NCBI GenBank assembly: GCA_965198065.1
Contig: CBDAON010000004.1
Location: 512,001-576,000, forward strand
DNA: 64,000 nt
Source: Longimicrobiales bacterium
Lineage (GTDB): Bacteria; Gemmatimonadota; Gemmatimonadetes; Longimicrobiales; Gaopeijiaceae
Reading direction: 5' to 3'
Shown here: positions 54,152-63,998 of the stretch, piece by piece
Layout: every line of letters begins with the position of its first letter
Numbering within the stretch: the first letter of the stretch is position 1
Position numbers and translations under genes: made by a program
The notes under the pieces: generated by a model
The model's input: the letters and a program-made list of their open reading frames with translations, nothing else
Told to the model about the DNA's origin: nothing
Databases searched by the model: none

Positions 54152-55005
54152 CGCTCCTCCCCGTCCAGGCCGGGCAATCCGGAGAGACCCGGAGGAAAGG
54201 GGCGCCCCATCTCCTCGTGGAGCACCCGGGCAAGCAGATCCGGACGGTCCGACTGGATCCCGTCCACCCCCCACGAGAGGAGCCTCCGCATGGCGTCCGG
54301 ATCGTCCACAATCCATACGTGGAGGGGGAGGTTTCTCCGGTGAGCCTCCCGGACGAGCCGCGGGGTCACAATCCGGCGCCCCTGCCACCAGTCCGGGAGC
54401 TGGAGCGCATCCGTGCGCGGCGTGTACGGCCCCCCCCCGGGGAGGCGGTGCAGGTAGTAGAAGAGCCGGGCCTGTCTCCGCGTGGCCGACACCGGGCCAC
54501 GGTAACCGAGCCGGTCCGCGCGGCCCTCCTCCTCGGCCGACGCGAGGAGGATCCGGTGGGTCTGCCCCTCCCCGTGAACGAGCTCGACCAGCTTCGCCTG
54601 GACGAGCGGATCCTTCCCGTCCACGTTCATGCGTACGTGCGGTAGCGCGTGGAGCACGTCCAGAAAGCGCGGGATCCGCACCCCCTGTCCCCGGAACGAT
54701 GTCTTCCCCTCCAGGTCCACGAACCGGTATCCGGCGTCCAGCTCCCGAACCCGGCTCCACTGCAGGCCCGACACCCGGCCGGTCCCATCCGTCGTGCGGT
54801 CCACGGTCTCGTCGTGGAGCACCATGAGCTCCCCGTCCCGGGTGCGGCGCACGTCCATCTCCAGGACGTCCGCCCCCCAGACGTCCACTGCCGAGCGGAA
54901 CGCCTCGAGCGTGTTCTCTGGGGCGAGCGCGGAGCCGCCGCGATGAGCGAAGAGGAGTGGGGCGCCCGCCAGGTAACGGTGCCCGGGACGAGGCCGGCCG
55001 ATCAC
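54148..55005 (-). CDS. Glycerophosphodiester phosphodiesterase
   Basis: AHRGG, PENTLEAF, EMDV, HDETVDRTT, GVDGIQSDRP. Confidence 0.9.
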   Translation of the reverse strand: MIGRPRPGHRYLAGAPLLFAHRGGSALAPENTLEAFRSAVDVWGADVLEMDVRRTRDGELMVLHDETVDRTTDGTGRVSGLQWSRVRELDAGYRFVDLEGKTSFRGQGVRIPRFLDVLHALPHVRMNVDGKDPLVQAKLVELVHGEGQTHRILLASAEEEGRADRLGYRGPVSATRRQARLFYYLHRLPGGGPYTPRTDALQLPDWWQGRRIVTPRLVREAHRRNLPLHVWIVDDPDAMRRLLSWGVDGIQSDRPDLLARVLHEEMGRPFPPGLSGLPGLDGEER

Positions 55006-55069
55006 GATGCGTGTCTCGAGTCGGTCGTGGACGCGCCGACGGGACCCGGCCCGCGGGCGGATGAGGTCC

Positions 55070-55573
55070 CTACTCCAGGGTCCCCACGTCCTCGGGGGAA
55101 AGGCGGTGGTACTCGAGGAGCACGCGGTCGAGCAACCCCTCCGTCATGCGCAGCTCGAGCGCGGCCCGGTCGCCCTCCTCTCCGGGGCCACCCGCGGCGT
55201 CGCGCCGGAGCGCGAGGATGCGATCCGAGAGGAAGGCCAGGAAGTCCTCGACCACCTCCGGCCGCGGCTCCGGCTCCTCGGTTGAGCCTTCCAAGACCTC
55301 GGTGAGCAGGAGCCCGCGCACGAGGGCCAGGACCCCCGGGAAGGTCAGCTCCGGGAGCGGCCCCCCCTCCATGCGCTCCTCTTCGGTGACGTTCTCCCAT
55401 TCCAGATCGTTCCAGTAGAGCTCCTGGAGCTCCTCCAGAAGATGACGTCGTCCCTCCACGGGAAGGGCGGCCCCCACAGTTCCGCCGGGCACACGCAGCG
55501 GCCGGCCTATCGCCTCCTGGAGCAGCCGCCGGCGCTCCTCGATGAGCTGGGTCGTCTGTTTCGAGCTGGGCAT
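55070..55573 (-). CDS. Hypothetical acidic protein
   Basis: 167-aa ORF with core-like codon usage, co-oriented with the operon. Confidence 0.65.
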   Translation of the reverse strand: MPSSKQTTQLIEERRRLLQEAIGRPLRVPGGTVGAALPVEGRRHLLEELQELYWNDLEWENVTEEERMEGGPLPELTFPGVLALVRGLLLTEVLEGSTEEPEPRPEVVEDFLAFLSDRILALRRDAAGGPGEEGDRAALELRMTEGLLDRVLLEYHRLSPEDVGTLE

Positions 55574-55789
55574 GGGAAGTCCAACTTACGGAGGCGTCCT
55601 TCCGCGGCCAAGGAAGGTCTAGCCTTCCGAGTCAGGCCTTCTAGCCGTCTTCCTCCTCAGCTTCAAGCGTTACGTACACGGGGATTCGTGCGACGGTGCT
55701 CCAACCTCCACTGGGATCTCGATAGGGGGAGCCCCTCCGGAAGGAGGATCCCATCTCGTAAAGCCTTGCTTTTGGGGGCTTTCCAGAAA

Positions 55790-55827
55790 TGCCGGAGGAG
55801 GGACTCGAACCCCCGACACGCGGATTA
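55790..55827 (-). tRNA. 3' half of a tRNA (Met-like, Phe possible), probable att site of the right-hand island
   Basis: TAA TCCGC GTGTC GGGGG TTCGAGT CCCTC CTCCGGC A. No D-arm or 5' acceptor strand upstream. Confidence 0.78.
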
Positions 55828-56307
55828 GATTGCGAAACCACGACTTACCTTGTGAGTGCTCCTGTTCGGCCACCGAATCTCCTGCAATCACTTAGAGCGT
55901 TGTTGCGCACTGGAACTTCCGCCGCTCTACGCCTTGTTCTGGAACGTCAGTGAACAAAGTCTGACACGCCACCTCGCCGTCGCCGATCCCACGTTCGAGG
56001 CGGTAGAGGCCCTCAAGGATAGCGTACAGGCGGGTGATGGGGTCGGCGTCTTCTCGCGACAACGTCCCGGTGGGGACGGCTGCCTCGCGGAGCCAGAGCA
56101 GGAGGCCATCCCAGGCCTCGAAAAAGTGGACACCTAGGTCACGCGGCCTGACGTAGTCGCTCCTCATAGGCGATCGGACTCAGATACCCGAGGGTCGAGT
56201 GCCGTCGCTCCCGATTGCACCAACCCATCGATGTACTCTACGAGAGCTCGGGTAAGCCCTCCGCGGGTGGGCCAATACGAGGCTGATCTTCGACATATTT
56301 GAGGCAA

Positions 56308-56336
56308 TTGACGCGAACGCTTGTTGCCCTCATGAT
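56308..56336 (+). promoter_or_regulatory. Sigma70-type promoter of the uORF/efflux operon
   Basis: TTGACG-17 nt-CATGAT. The ATG at 56344 lies about 8 nt downstream, suggesting a leaderless transcript. Confidence 0.55.
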
Positions 56337-56343
56337 GCATCTT

Positions 56344-56691
56344 ATGTGGTTCTCACGACAGTTCCGTTCCGTGACGGCATCGTTTCTGATCGCGTTGGTC
56401 TGCGCGCTCTCCACCGGTGTGCCCTCGCATCATCATGAGCGGTCCGATGACTCGCACGGCACAGTTCATGTTATCGGCCCTGACCATCACTCGCACGGCA
56501 CCATCCTCGTCGAGCAGGCGGAACGGGTTTCGTCCAGCCCGCCCCAACTCATCGCGGTGGTGGCATCCGGTTCGGAACCAATACCTGCAGCGGTATCCAG
56601 CGTAGTCCAGCAACGCCGGGAGCCAATCCGCCCCAGGGAACGGGCCCCACCGCCCAACAACGCCCCCCGCGCCCCGCCGCACCTCTCCTGA
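56344..56691 (+). CDS. His-rich, signal/TM-bearing upstream peptide with two C-terminal RAPP motifs (DUF2946/CruR-like)
   Basis: FLIALVCALSTG, SHHH...SHG..H...DHHSHG, RERAPPPNNAPRAPPHLS*. Confidence 0.75.
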   Translation: MWFSRQFRSVTASFLIALVCALSTGVPSHHHERSDDSHGTVHVIGPDHHSHGTILVEQAERVSSSPPQLIAVVASGSEPIPAAVSSVVQQRREPIRPRERAPPPNNAPRAPPHLS

Positions 56692-56740
56692 CCGAACGGC
56701 CGGCCCGAGCCAGGCCGGCGCGTCTCCACACATCTGGACT

Positions 56741-56771
56741 CCTCGCAGCCCCTCCTTCGGGGGGTGCGAGG
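56741..56771 (+). promoter_or_regulatory. GC-rich hairpin with a C(UUCG)G loop between the uORF and the tolC-like RBS
   Basis: CCTCGCA-GCCCCTCC-TTCG-GGGGG-TGCGAGG, with no U-tract. AGGAG follows. Confidence 0.5.
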
Positions 56772-56789
56772 TCACAGGAGAAGGGATAG

Positions 56790-58086
56790 GTGAATACCAA
56801 AACGAACGCCACGATCTTAGTCGGAGCCTTGCTCCTCGGTCTCATGATCTTTCCCCGATCTGTGATTGCCCAAGTTGCGGCAGAAGGTGCCGTCAACCAA
56901 CAGAACCAGTTTCGACGGATCACTTTCGATGAGGTGCTTGGGCTGCTGGGGGCAAACCTGGGACTCCGCATAGCACGGTTGGAGGCCGAGGCGATAGCTC
57001 GCCAATCAAAAGCCTACCCTAACCCAGCATTCACAGCGAGCCATGAGACCCTCGATGCGACCGGCGAGTTGTCCGAGAGTTACCTCACCCTATCGCAGCG
57101 GTTGGAGTGGCCGGGAAGCCGTAGTGCGCGCCAGACCATGGCGAGCGAGAACGCATTAGCAGCGTCGACTCGCGTGGCAGCCGATAGCGCTCTTTTGGGA
57201 TTTCGTGTGAAGCGCGCGTACGTCGAGGCGGCGCGGGCCGAAACGTACACCGACATTCTTGAGCGCGTGGCAACGGTCTTCCGACAAGCTGTAGAAAGGG
57301 CAGGGGAGCGATACGATGAAGGTGACGTATCGCTCTACGATCTCCGCCGCATTGAGGTCGAACGGGTGCGCTACGAGGCCTCCCTTGCTGATGCTCTCCT
57401 CGATCTCAGTTCGGCGCGCCGCGAGTTGGCTCTCCTGGTTGCCCCTGAAACGGGTGACCTCCAGCTCGCGCCCGCCGCTGCCCCTGTGGGCATGCCCCCT
57501 TTCTTGGATCTAGATCAGCTGCAGGTATTGGCAGTTAGCCGGCGTCCAGAGATCGCAGCTGTGCAAGCGGACATTAGGTCCGCGCAGGCCGAGGTCAGGG
57601 GGCTCCGGGCTCAACGCATTCCCGATCTGACGGCGACCGGCGGATTCAGGCGTCAGTCCGATGGGTTCAACGGGCTGTTCCTCGGGATGTCGGTCCCGCT
57701 TCCTCTCTGGAATCGTTCTGCGGACGCCATCGAAGCTGCAGACGCCCGAGTCACAGGAGACCAGACGCTTCTAGCCCTCACGCGGCGGGAGATTGAGAAC
57801 GATGCGTGGAGCGCCCTGGACGCGTACCGCTCCCAGGTTCAGCGGGCGGAGCTTATTTCGGGTGAGGGCGGAGCCCAGACGACCGATCTCTTGGATGTCG
57901 CTCAGGTCGCGTACGATGCGGGTGAGATGGAGTTGATCGAGCTCCTGGAATGCGGCCGAGGCCTTTCGTGATGCAGAGACAGCAACTATTCGCATTCGAT
58001 CCGATGTATGGATCAGCTACTACGATCTCGAGCGAGCCGTTGGTGGATCCGGCGATCTCTCGGGGCAAGGGGAGGACGACGAATGA
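56790..58086 (+). CDS. TolC/CzcC outer-membrane factor (apparent frameshift ~57950)
   Basis: AYPNP, LSQRLEWPG, RIPDLT, SVPLPLWNR, AYDAGE. An alternate frame continues AAEAF...DLERAVGG. Confidence 0.85.
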
Positions 58087-59615
58087 TTGAGCGTAAGAGG
58101 CGCACGAAAGCTGGACTGCGCGGTGCGACGAGCCGGGTGGTCCTGACTTTGTTCGTAGGTGTAGCCCCACTCGCAAGCGTGGGTTGTGAGCAGGAGCCGG
58201 CGGCGGAGACTCTCGAGCCCGGAATCGGCTCGGTCGTCGTGAGTCAGTGGAATGAATCCACGGAGCTCTTCCTCGAGTACCCGCACCTTGTCGCAGGGCA
58301 GCCTACGGGGAATTGGGCGATCCACCTGACGAGCATGGAGACCTTCGAGCCGATCCGCTCTGGGAGTCTCGTTGTCAACTTCCTCTCGGCCGAGTCGGTC
58401 CAAGCGTCGTTCCCGATTGAGGGCGTGGCGCGGGACGGAATCTTCCTCCTGGATCCGGTCGTTGCAACGCCCGGCCATTACCGCGTGGAGCTTGCTCTGG
58501 AGAGTCCGCAGGCGCGGAGCACGCATGTCCTTCCCGACGTCCAGGTATTTGCGAGCGAATCGGACGCGCCTCTGGCGGAAGAGGAGGAGGAAGGGGGAGG
58601 TATCGCCTTCCTAAAGGAACAACAGTGGCAGATGCCGTGGGCGGTCACGCCAGCCGCTACGGGCTCGATCCTCGGGACCATCGCGGTGCCGGGCGAGGTC
58701 GTCGCCCCGGACGGCGCTCTGGTGCAAGTCGGGGCGCCTGTGGCCGGGATTGCGCTGGAAGAGTCCAACCGGACCGCTCCTTCTGTCGGACAGAACGTCA
58801 CCAGGGGACAGGTCCTCGCGGTGCTCGCGCCGACCGCGCAGGAGGGAGGGTTCGCACGGACGGTCGCGACCGTTCAACGGCTCGAAAGAGAGGTGCAGCG
58901 GGCCGAGCAGCTGGTTGAGGCTGGCGCAATTCCGCGGCGACGGCTCGAGGAGGCACGTTACGATCTCGAGGTTGCCAGGGCTGAGGCGGAAGCTATGGGC
59001 GCCTCGGCTTCCGATGGCCCTTCGCGGCTTCAACTCACCTCGCCGATGACCGGTGTGGTAGCGACCCGCAGCTTCATTCCGGGAGGGCGAGTCGAGGCAG
59101 GCGAACCGCTGTTCACGATCGTCGACTCGGGGGCGGCTTGGCTCCGCCTAGCCGTTCCGGCCGAGATTGTGTCGTCTGTACTCGAGGGCGCCTCGGGAAG
59201 GTACCGTCTCGAAGGGTCCGAGGAGGTACGTGAGACGGGACGCCTCGTGTCGATCGGTAGGATCATGGATTCGCAGACGCGCACGGTTCCAGTCGTTTTC
59301 GACGTGTCAGCGACGAGTGACCGGTTCTTTTATGGACAACTAGCGGAAGGCTTCGTTCCTCTAGGCGGGGAAGCTTCCGGAATCGTCATTCCAAACGAGG
59401 CGATCATCGACGACAACGGTACGGACGTAGCCTATGTCCAAACTGGGGGCGAGACCTTCGAGCGCCGGATCCTCGCGCTCGGCCCCACGGACGGAACTCA
59501 CACGTTGGTGCAGGCAGGGATCACTCCGGGAGAACTGATCGTTGTGAAAGGCGCCTATCAGGTCCGGCTCGCCTCGATGTCCGGCAGTGAATTCGCCGGT
59601 GCCCATGCCCATTGA
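58083..59615 (+). CDS. RND periplasmic adaptor (CzcB/CusB-like)
   Basis: TELFLEYP, FLKEQQW, SPMTGVV, GETFERR, C-terminal AHAH. Confidence 0.9.
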   Translation: MIERKRRTKAGLRGATSRVVLTLFVGVAPLASVGCEQEPAAETLEPGIGSVVVSQWNESTELFLEYPHLVAGQPTGNWAIHLTSMETFEPIRSGSLVVNFLSAESVQASFPIEGVARDGIFLLDPVVATPGHYRVELALESPQARSTHVLPDVQVFASESDAPLAEEEEEGGGIAFLKEQQWQMPWAVTPAATGSILGTIAVPGEVVAPDGALVQVGAPVAGIALEESNRTAPSVGQNVTRGQVLAVLAPTAQEGGFARTVATVQRLEREVQRAEQLVEAGAIPRRRLEEARYDLEVARAEAEAMGASASDGPSRLQLTSPMTGVVATRSFIPGGRVEAGEPLFTIVDSGAAWLRLAVPAEIVSSVLEGASGRYRLEGSEEVRETGRLVSIGRIMDSQTRTVPVVFDVSATSDRFFYGQLAEGFVPLGGEASGIVIPNEAIIDDNGTDVAYVQTGGETFERRILALGPTDGTHTLVQAGITPGELIVVKGAYQVRLASMSGSEFAGAHAH

Positions 59616-59625
59616 GAGGCCGACC

Positions 59626-62600
59626 ATGATCCCAGGAATAATCGGCTGGTCCATTCGGAATCGATTCTTGGTTCTAGCTGCGGCCAGCCTACTGCTGGTT
59701 TCTGGGATAATAACGGCACTTAGAATGCCGGTGGATGTGTTCCCGGACCTAACGGCACCCACGGTGACCGTCTTGACCGAAGCCCACGGGATGGCTCCTG
59801 AAGAGGTGGAAACTCTGGTCACTTTCCCAATCGAAACCTCCGTTAACGGTGCAACGGGCGTTCGGCGGGTCCGTTCGTCCACCGCCCAAGGAATCAGCAT
59901 CGTATGGGTCGAATTTGAGTGGGGAACCGACATCTTCCAGGCCCGGCAGATTGTGGCTGAAAGGCTTCAACTCGTGGGTCAGTCGCTCCCCGTCGGTGTG
60001 CTCCCGCCAGCCCTCGCCCCCATCTCGTCGATCATGGGTGAGATTATGCTGATCGCGGTTACGGCAGATGAGTCCACGTCCCTCATGGAAGCAAGAACAT
60101 TTGCGGACTGGGTCGTTCGTCCCCGACTTCTTGCGGTCCCTGGTGTGTCCCAGGTGATTCCGCTCGGAGGGGAGGTTCGACAGTACCAGATTCTGGTGGA
60201 TCCGACGCGGCTTGCAGCTTACGGGGTGACGCTCGATGAGGTGATGAGGGCCGCGGAAGAGTCCAACGTGAACGCTTCGGGTGGCGTGTTCATGGCCGGA
60301 GGTCAGGAGTACCTGATCCGTGGGACTGGGCGTGTGGAGAAGCTGGATGACATCGCGGGAACGGTGGTCGCCGTACGAGACGGGACTCCGGTCCTGATCG
60401 GGAATGTAGCAGACACCCGCATAGGGCCTGCTACTCAATTGGGCAGAGGATCTGCGAACGCCGAGGCTGCGGTGGTCCTATCCATTCAGAAGCAACCGAA
60501 TACCAACACTTTGGAGCTCACGGACCGCATCGACGAGTCCCTCACGGATATCGAGGAGGGTCTTCCCCCGGGTCTCCAGATTAACCGCGGAATCTTCCGA
60601 CAGGGAAACTTCATAGAATTGGCAGTCGACAACGTGCTGGAGGCCCTGAGAGATGGGGCGGTTCTCGTCGTTCTGATCTTGTTCCTCTTTCTCTGGAGCG
60701 GACGCAGCACGTTCATTTCGGCTTTGGCCATCCCCCTCTCCTTCGCGACTGCGATCTTTGCGCTGCGCCTTTCAGGCATCACGATAAACACGATGACGCT
60801 AGGCGGGATGGCGATCGCGATCGGCGCCCTGGTCGATGATGCGGTGATCGGCGTAGAGAACGTGTTCCGAAGGCTTCGCGAAAACCGTGCGCTTCCGCCC
60901 GAAGAAGCGAAACCTTCCCTTGAGGTGGTAAGCTTTGCGTCGTCGGAGATCGGACCAAGCATCGTGAGCGCCAGCTTCATTATTAGTGTCGTCTTCGTCC
61001 CCCTCTTCTTTCTGAGCGGAATCGAGGGGCGGATGCTTGTGCCTCTTGGCTTCTCCTACATCGTGGCAATCATGGCCTCGCTCGTCGTCGCTCTCACGGT
61101 TACGCCCGCACTGGCTGCTATTCTCTTGCCGGGCTCTCCGGAGGTCGAGCGCGAGCGAGAGAGTTGGGTCAGCCGGACCCTCAAGGCCGCATATGCGCGA
61201 ATTCTGGACCCCCTCCTCGATCGCCTAATCCCGGTGCTTCTGGGTACGACCGGGCTCGTGGCTGCCGCGCTCGTGATGGTCGGGTTCATGGGACGGGACT
61301 TCCTCCCTGAGTTTAGAGAGGGGACCCTCGTCATCCAGGCGATAACGCTGCCAGGAACGTCGCTGGATGAATCCGATGCCCTAGGCCGGAGGATAGAAGA
61401 AATTCTGCTGAGCCATCCCGCTGTGGAGGAGACGGGACGCCGCACCGGGCGAGCAGAGCTGGACGAACACGCGCAAGGAACCAATGCAGCTGAAATCGAT
61501 GTGCGACTGAACCTGGAAGGGTACGACTACGACGTTGTCCTTGCCGAGCTAAGAGAGGCGGTGGCCATGGTTCCGGGTACGGAAGTCACGATCGGCCAGC
61601 CTATCCGACACCGCATAGACCACATGCTCTCCGGGACACGGGCAAGTATCGCGATCAATATCTTTGGCCCGGAACTTCGGGAGCTGCGCAGAATCGGCCG
61701 TGAGGTAGAATCCGTTGCCGCGAGCGTGCCCGGAACAGCTGATGTTGCAATGGAGCCCCAAGCAGATGTCCCGCAGGTCCGCGTCATAATGAACCGCGCG
61801 GCAATGGCCCGCTACGGCATGACTCCAGGGCGTCTCGGCGAAGCCATCGATGTAGCCTTCGCCGGAGAAGCGGTCTCGCGTGTGCTGGAGGGACAGCAGA
61901 GCTTCGATATCCTGGTGCGCTTCGCCGAGCCGTACCGCGGTTCGATCGAGAACATTGCGAACTCTCGGGTCAATACCCCGTCTGGCGCCCAGGTCCCTCT
62001 GACTTCCCTGGCCACGATCCGGCGCGACATGGGACCCAACCAGATCTCTCGGGAGAACGTGCAGCGAAAGATCGTCGTACAGTCGAACGTTGCTGGTCGG
62101 GATGTGGGGAGTGTGGTAGAAGAACTGCGCGAGCGGATCTCTCAAGAGGTGAGCCTTTCCCAGGACTATTACATCGAGTATGGGGGCCAGTTCGAGTCTG
62201 CGGAGTCGGCTTCCCGGACCATCGGCGGGCTTTCCCTGCTGGCGGTTGCGCTGATGTTTCTCCTCCTCTTCATGGAGTTCCAGTCGGTCCGTCAGGCAAT
62301 TCTAATCATGGTCAATCTTCCTTTGGCCCTCGTCGGTGGCGTCTTTGCGGTGATGTTGACAGGGGGAATACTCAACGTCGCCACCATGGTCGGCTTCATC
62401 ACCTTGTTCGGAATCGCCGTGCGGAACGGGATTCTTCTGGTGTCGCACTACAATCACCTGCTCGGAGAAGGCTTCTCGCTTCGTGAGGCGGTATGGAAGG
62501 GTTCTATGGAGAGGCTCAATCCGATAGCCATGACGGCACTTACGACAGGGCTTGCTCTCGTTCCGCTGGCTCTCGCAGGAGGCGATGCGGGTAACGAGAT

Positions 62601-62721
62601 CCAGAGTCCCTTGGCGATTGTCGTCCTGGGGGGACTACTCACCGCTCTCGTGCTCAACATGATCGTGGTGCCGGCGCTGTTCTTGAGGTTTGGGATTCCG
62701 CGTCCCGTGGTAGCTCTGTAA
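59626..62721 (+). CDS. Heavy-metal efflux RND permease (CusA/CzcA family)
   Basis: VDVFPDL, PEEVETLVTFPIE, GALVDDAVIGVEN, GRAELDEH, ERLNPIAMT. Confidence 0.95.
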   Translation: MIPGIIGWSIRNRFLVLAAASLLLVSGIITALRMPVDVFPDLTAPTVTVLTEAHGMAPEEVETLVTFPIETSVNGATGVRRVRSSTAQGISIVWVEFEWGTDIFQARQIVAERLQLVGQSLPVGVLPPALAPISSIMGEIMLIAVTADESTSLMEARTFADWVVRPRLLAVPGVSQVIPLGGEVRQYQILVDPTRLAAYGVTLDEVMRAAEESNVNASGGVFMAGGQEYLIRGTGRVEKLDDIAGTVVAVRDGTPVLIGNVADTRIGPATQLGRGSANAEAAVVLSIQKQPNTNTLELTDRIDESLTDIEEGLPPGLQINRGIFRQGNFIELAVDNVLEALRDGAVLVVLILFLFLWSGRSTFISALAIPLSFATAIFALRLSGITINTMTLGGMAIAIGALVDDAVIGVENVFRRLRENRALPPEEAKPSLEVVSFASSEIGPSIVSASFIISVVFVPLFFLSGIEGRMLVPLGFSYIVAIMASLVVALTVTPALAAILLPGSPEVERERESWVSRTLKAAYARILDPLLDRLIPVLLGTTGLVAAALVMVGFMGRDFLPEFREGTLVIQAITLPGTSLDESDALGRRIEEILLSHPAVEETGRRTGRAELDEHAQGTNAAEIDVRLNLEGYDYDVVLAELREAVAMVPGTEVTIGQPIRHRIDHMLSGTRASIAINIFGPELRELRRIGREVESVAASVPGTADVAMEPQADVPQVRVIMNRAAMARYGMTPGRLGEAIDVAFAGEAVSRVLEGQQSFDILVRFAEPYRGSIENIANSRVNTPSGAQVPLTSLATIRRDMGPNQISRENVQRKIVVQSNVAGRDVGSVVEELRERISQEVSLSQDYYIEYGGQFESAESASRTIGGLSLLAVALMFLLLFMEFQSVRQAILIMVNLPLALVGGVFAVMLTGGILNVATMVGFITLFGIAVRNGILLVSHYNHLLGEGFSLREAVWKGSMERLNPIAMTALTTGLALVPLALAGGDAGNEIQSPLAIVVLGGLLTALVLNMIVVPALFLRFGIPRPVVAL

Positions 62722-62895
62722 TGCCGCGTCGCCGCGGCCCGCCAGCCCCCCACGGGGCCTCGGGACACATGCCCTGGGGCTGAAGTCAACGAATCGGCAA
62801 CAGCTAAGGAAGCGAGGTAATAGGTCGGTTTGAGGCCGAGCGGGAATCGTGTTGGGGTCCGCGTGCTGGTAGGATTTCCTGAGCGCCGCGGGGCG

Positions 62896-63330
62896 CTAGT
62901 TGTTCGGGGCGCCGGTGTTGATCCAGTTCCTGATGTTCGTCAGGTCGATGTTGTCCAGAAAGGAGCCGCGCAGTGGCATCCGCGCTCCGACCCTCTGGCG
63001 GCCTTCCAGCTTAATCACCAGGTAGCTGTTTGTGGCATCGTTGGGCGTAACCCTGTTGAAGTTCGGCTCGGACATCGACGGGACTCCGACGAGGACGCCA
63101 TAGTTCGCGTCCCCGTTGCTTCCCAGTATCAATCCCCCCGCTGCGCTTCCGTGGCAGCTCGCGGCCCTGCAGCCCTTCCGGGTGAAGATCTCTTGGACAT
63201 CGGCGGCGAAGGACGGGTTCGACTTGATCTCGCGGGTGTCGCCCGGATCGGACGGGCTGCCGCTCCCTCCGCACGCTGCGAGGAAGGTGGCCACGACGGT
63301 CGCGGCCAGGAACGAACGAAGCAGAGGCAT
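62896..63330 (-). CDS. Lipoprotein with an atypical CxxxxCH heme-like motif
   Basis: LAAC lipobox, VQEIF..GCRAASCH, SYLVIKLEG, RMP, WINTGA. Confidence 0.7.
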   Translation of the reverse strand: MPLLRSFLAATVVATFLAACGGSGSPSDPGDTREIKSNPSFAADVQEIFTRKGCRAASCHGSAAGGLILGSNGDANYGVLVGVPSMSEPNFNRVTPNDATNSYLVIKLEGRQRVGARMPLRGSFLDNIDLTNIRNWINTGAPNN

Positions 63331-63471
63331 GATTGCACCCTTTGGCGCGCGTCGGGGGACGAGGGGCGATCCCTGGTTCACGGTGTGTGGTGGACGAAGT
63401 ACTTACGCAGCAATACTATACCGGAATAGACCAGACTCTTCCCTAGACTTGTAGTCCCCCTCATAATCGAA

Positions 63472-63646
63472 GGGTCGCAGGGCCGAATCCTGCCCGGCCC
63501 ATAGACTGACTCGATCGATAACGCAACCCCGGCAGGATCTGCGGAGCGCAGCGGAGCTAACCCTGCCGGGCCCACTAACTGACCCGATCGACGACGTGAC
63601 CCCGGCGGATCACGTGAGCGAAGCGAGCGCCATCCTGCCGGCCCCA
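63472..63646. repeat. Two full plus one partial degenerate ~73-bp palindromic tandem repeats
   Basis: Units 63502-63574 and 63575-63646 align closely. Each has a CCGGCAGG...CCTGCCGG-type stem around GAGCG(C/A)AGCG. Confidence 0.65.
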
Positions 63647-63656
63647 CCCGTCGTCA

Positions 63657-63998
63657 TCAGGGCCCGGAGGCGGACAGCTCGACGAGGAAGGCGGTCACGG
63701 CCCGTGCCTCGGACCTCGTAAGATGAGCACGACTTCGTACGTGCGCGACCAGGACCGGCCACTGCTCCGCGGTGAACTCGCTCGCGGGCCTGGCATTGTG
63801 GCACCGGTCGCACGTAGCGAGCCAGATTCGCGCCCCCATCTGCGCGATCTCCGAAGTCGCCATCGGCTGCTCCTGGACGGCGGCGCTCGCGCATCCCCCC
63901 AACAGTGGCCCTACGGAGAGAGCGGTCGCCAGGATGCCGAGGAAGCGGCGCCGGGATCGCGCGCGCGGGGGCTGGCGGGGAGCCGACCGAGGATCCAT
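63657..63998 (-). CDS. Small c-type cytochrome lipoprotein
   Basis: LGGC lipobox, CDRCH, WPVLVAHVR. Start at the window edge is uncertain. Confidence 0.75.
   Translation of the reverse strand: MDPRSAPRQPPRARSRRRFLGILATALSVGPLLGGCASAAVQEQPMATSEIAQMGARIWLATCDRCHNARPASEFTAEQWPVLVAHVRSRAHLTRSEARAVTAFLVELSASGP

Noticed and set aside
55892..56167. Integrase remnant next to the att-like site
   Set aside because: No recognisable tyrosine or serine recombinase motifs.
63472..63646. Possible mini CRISPR array
   Set aside because: The linkers are homologous to each other, the repeats are degenerate, and no cas genes are present.
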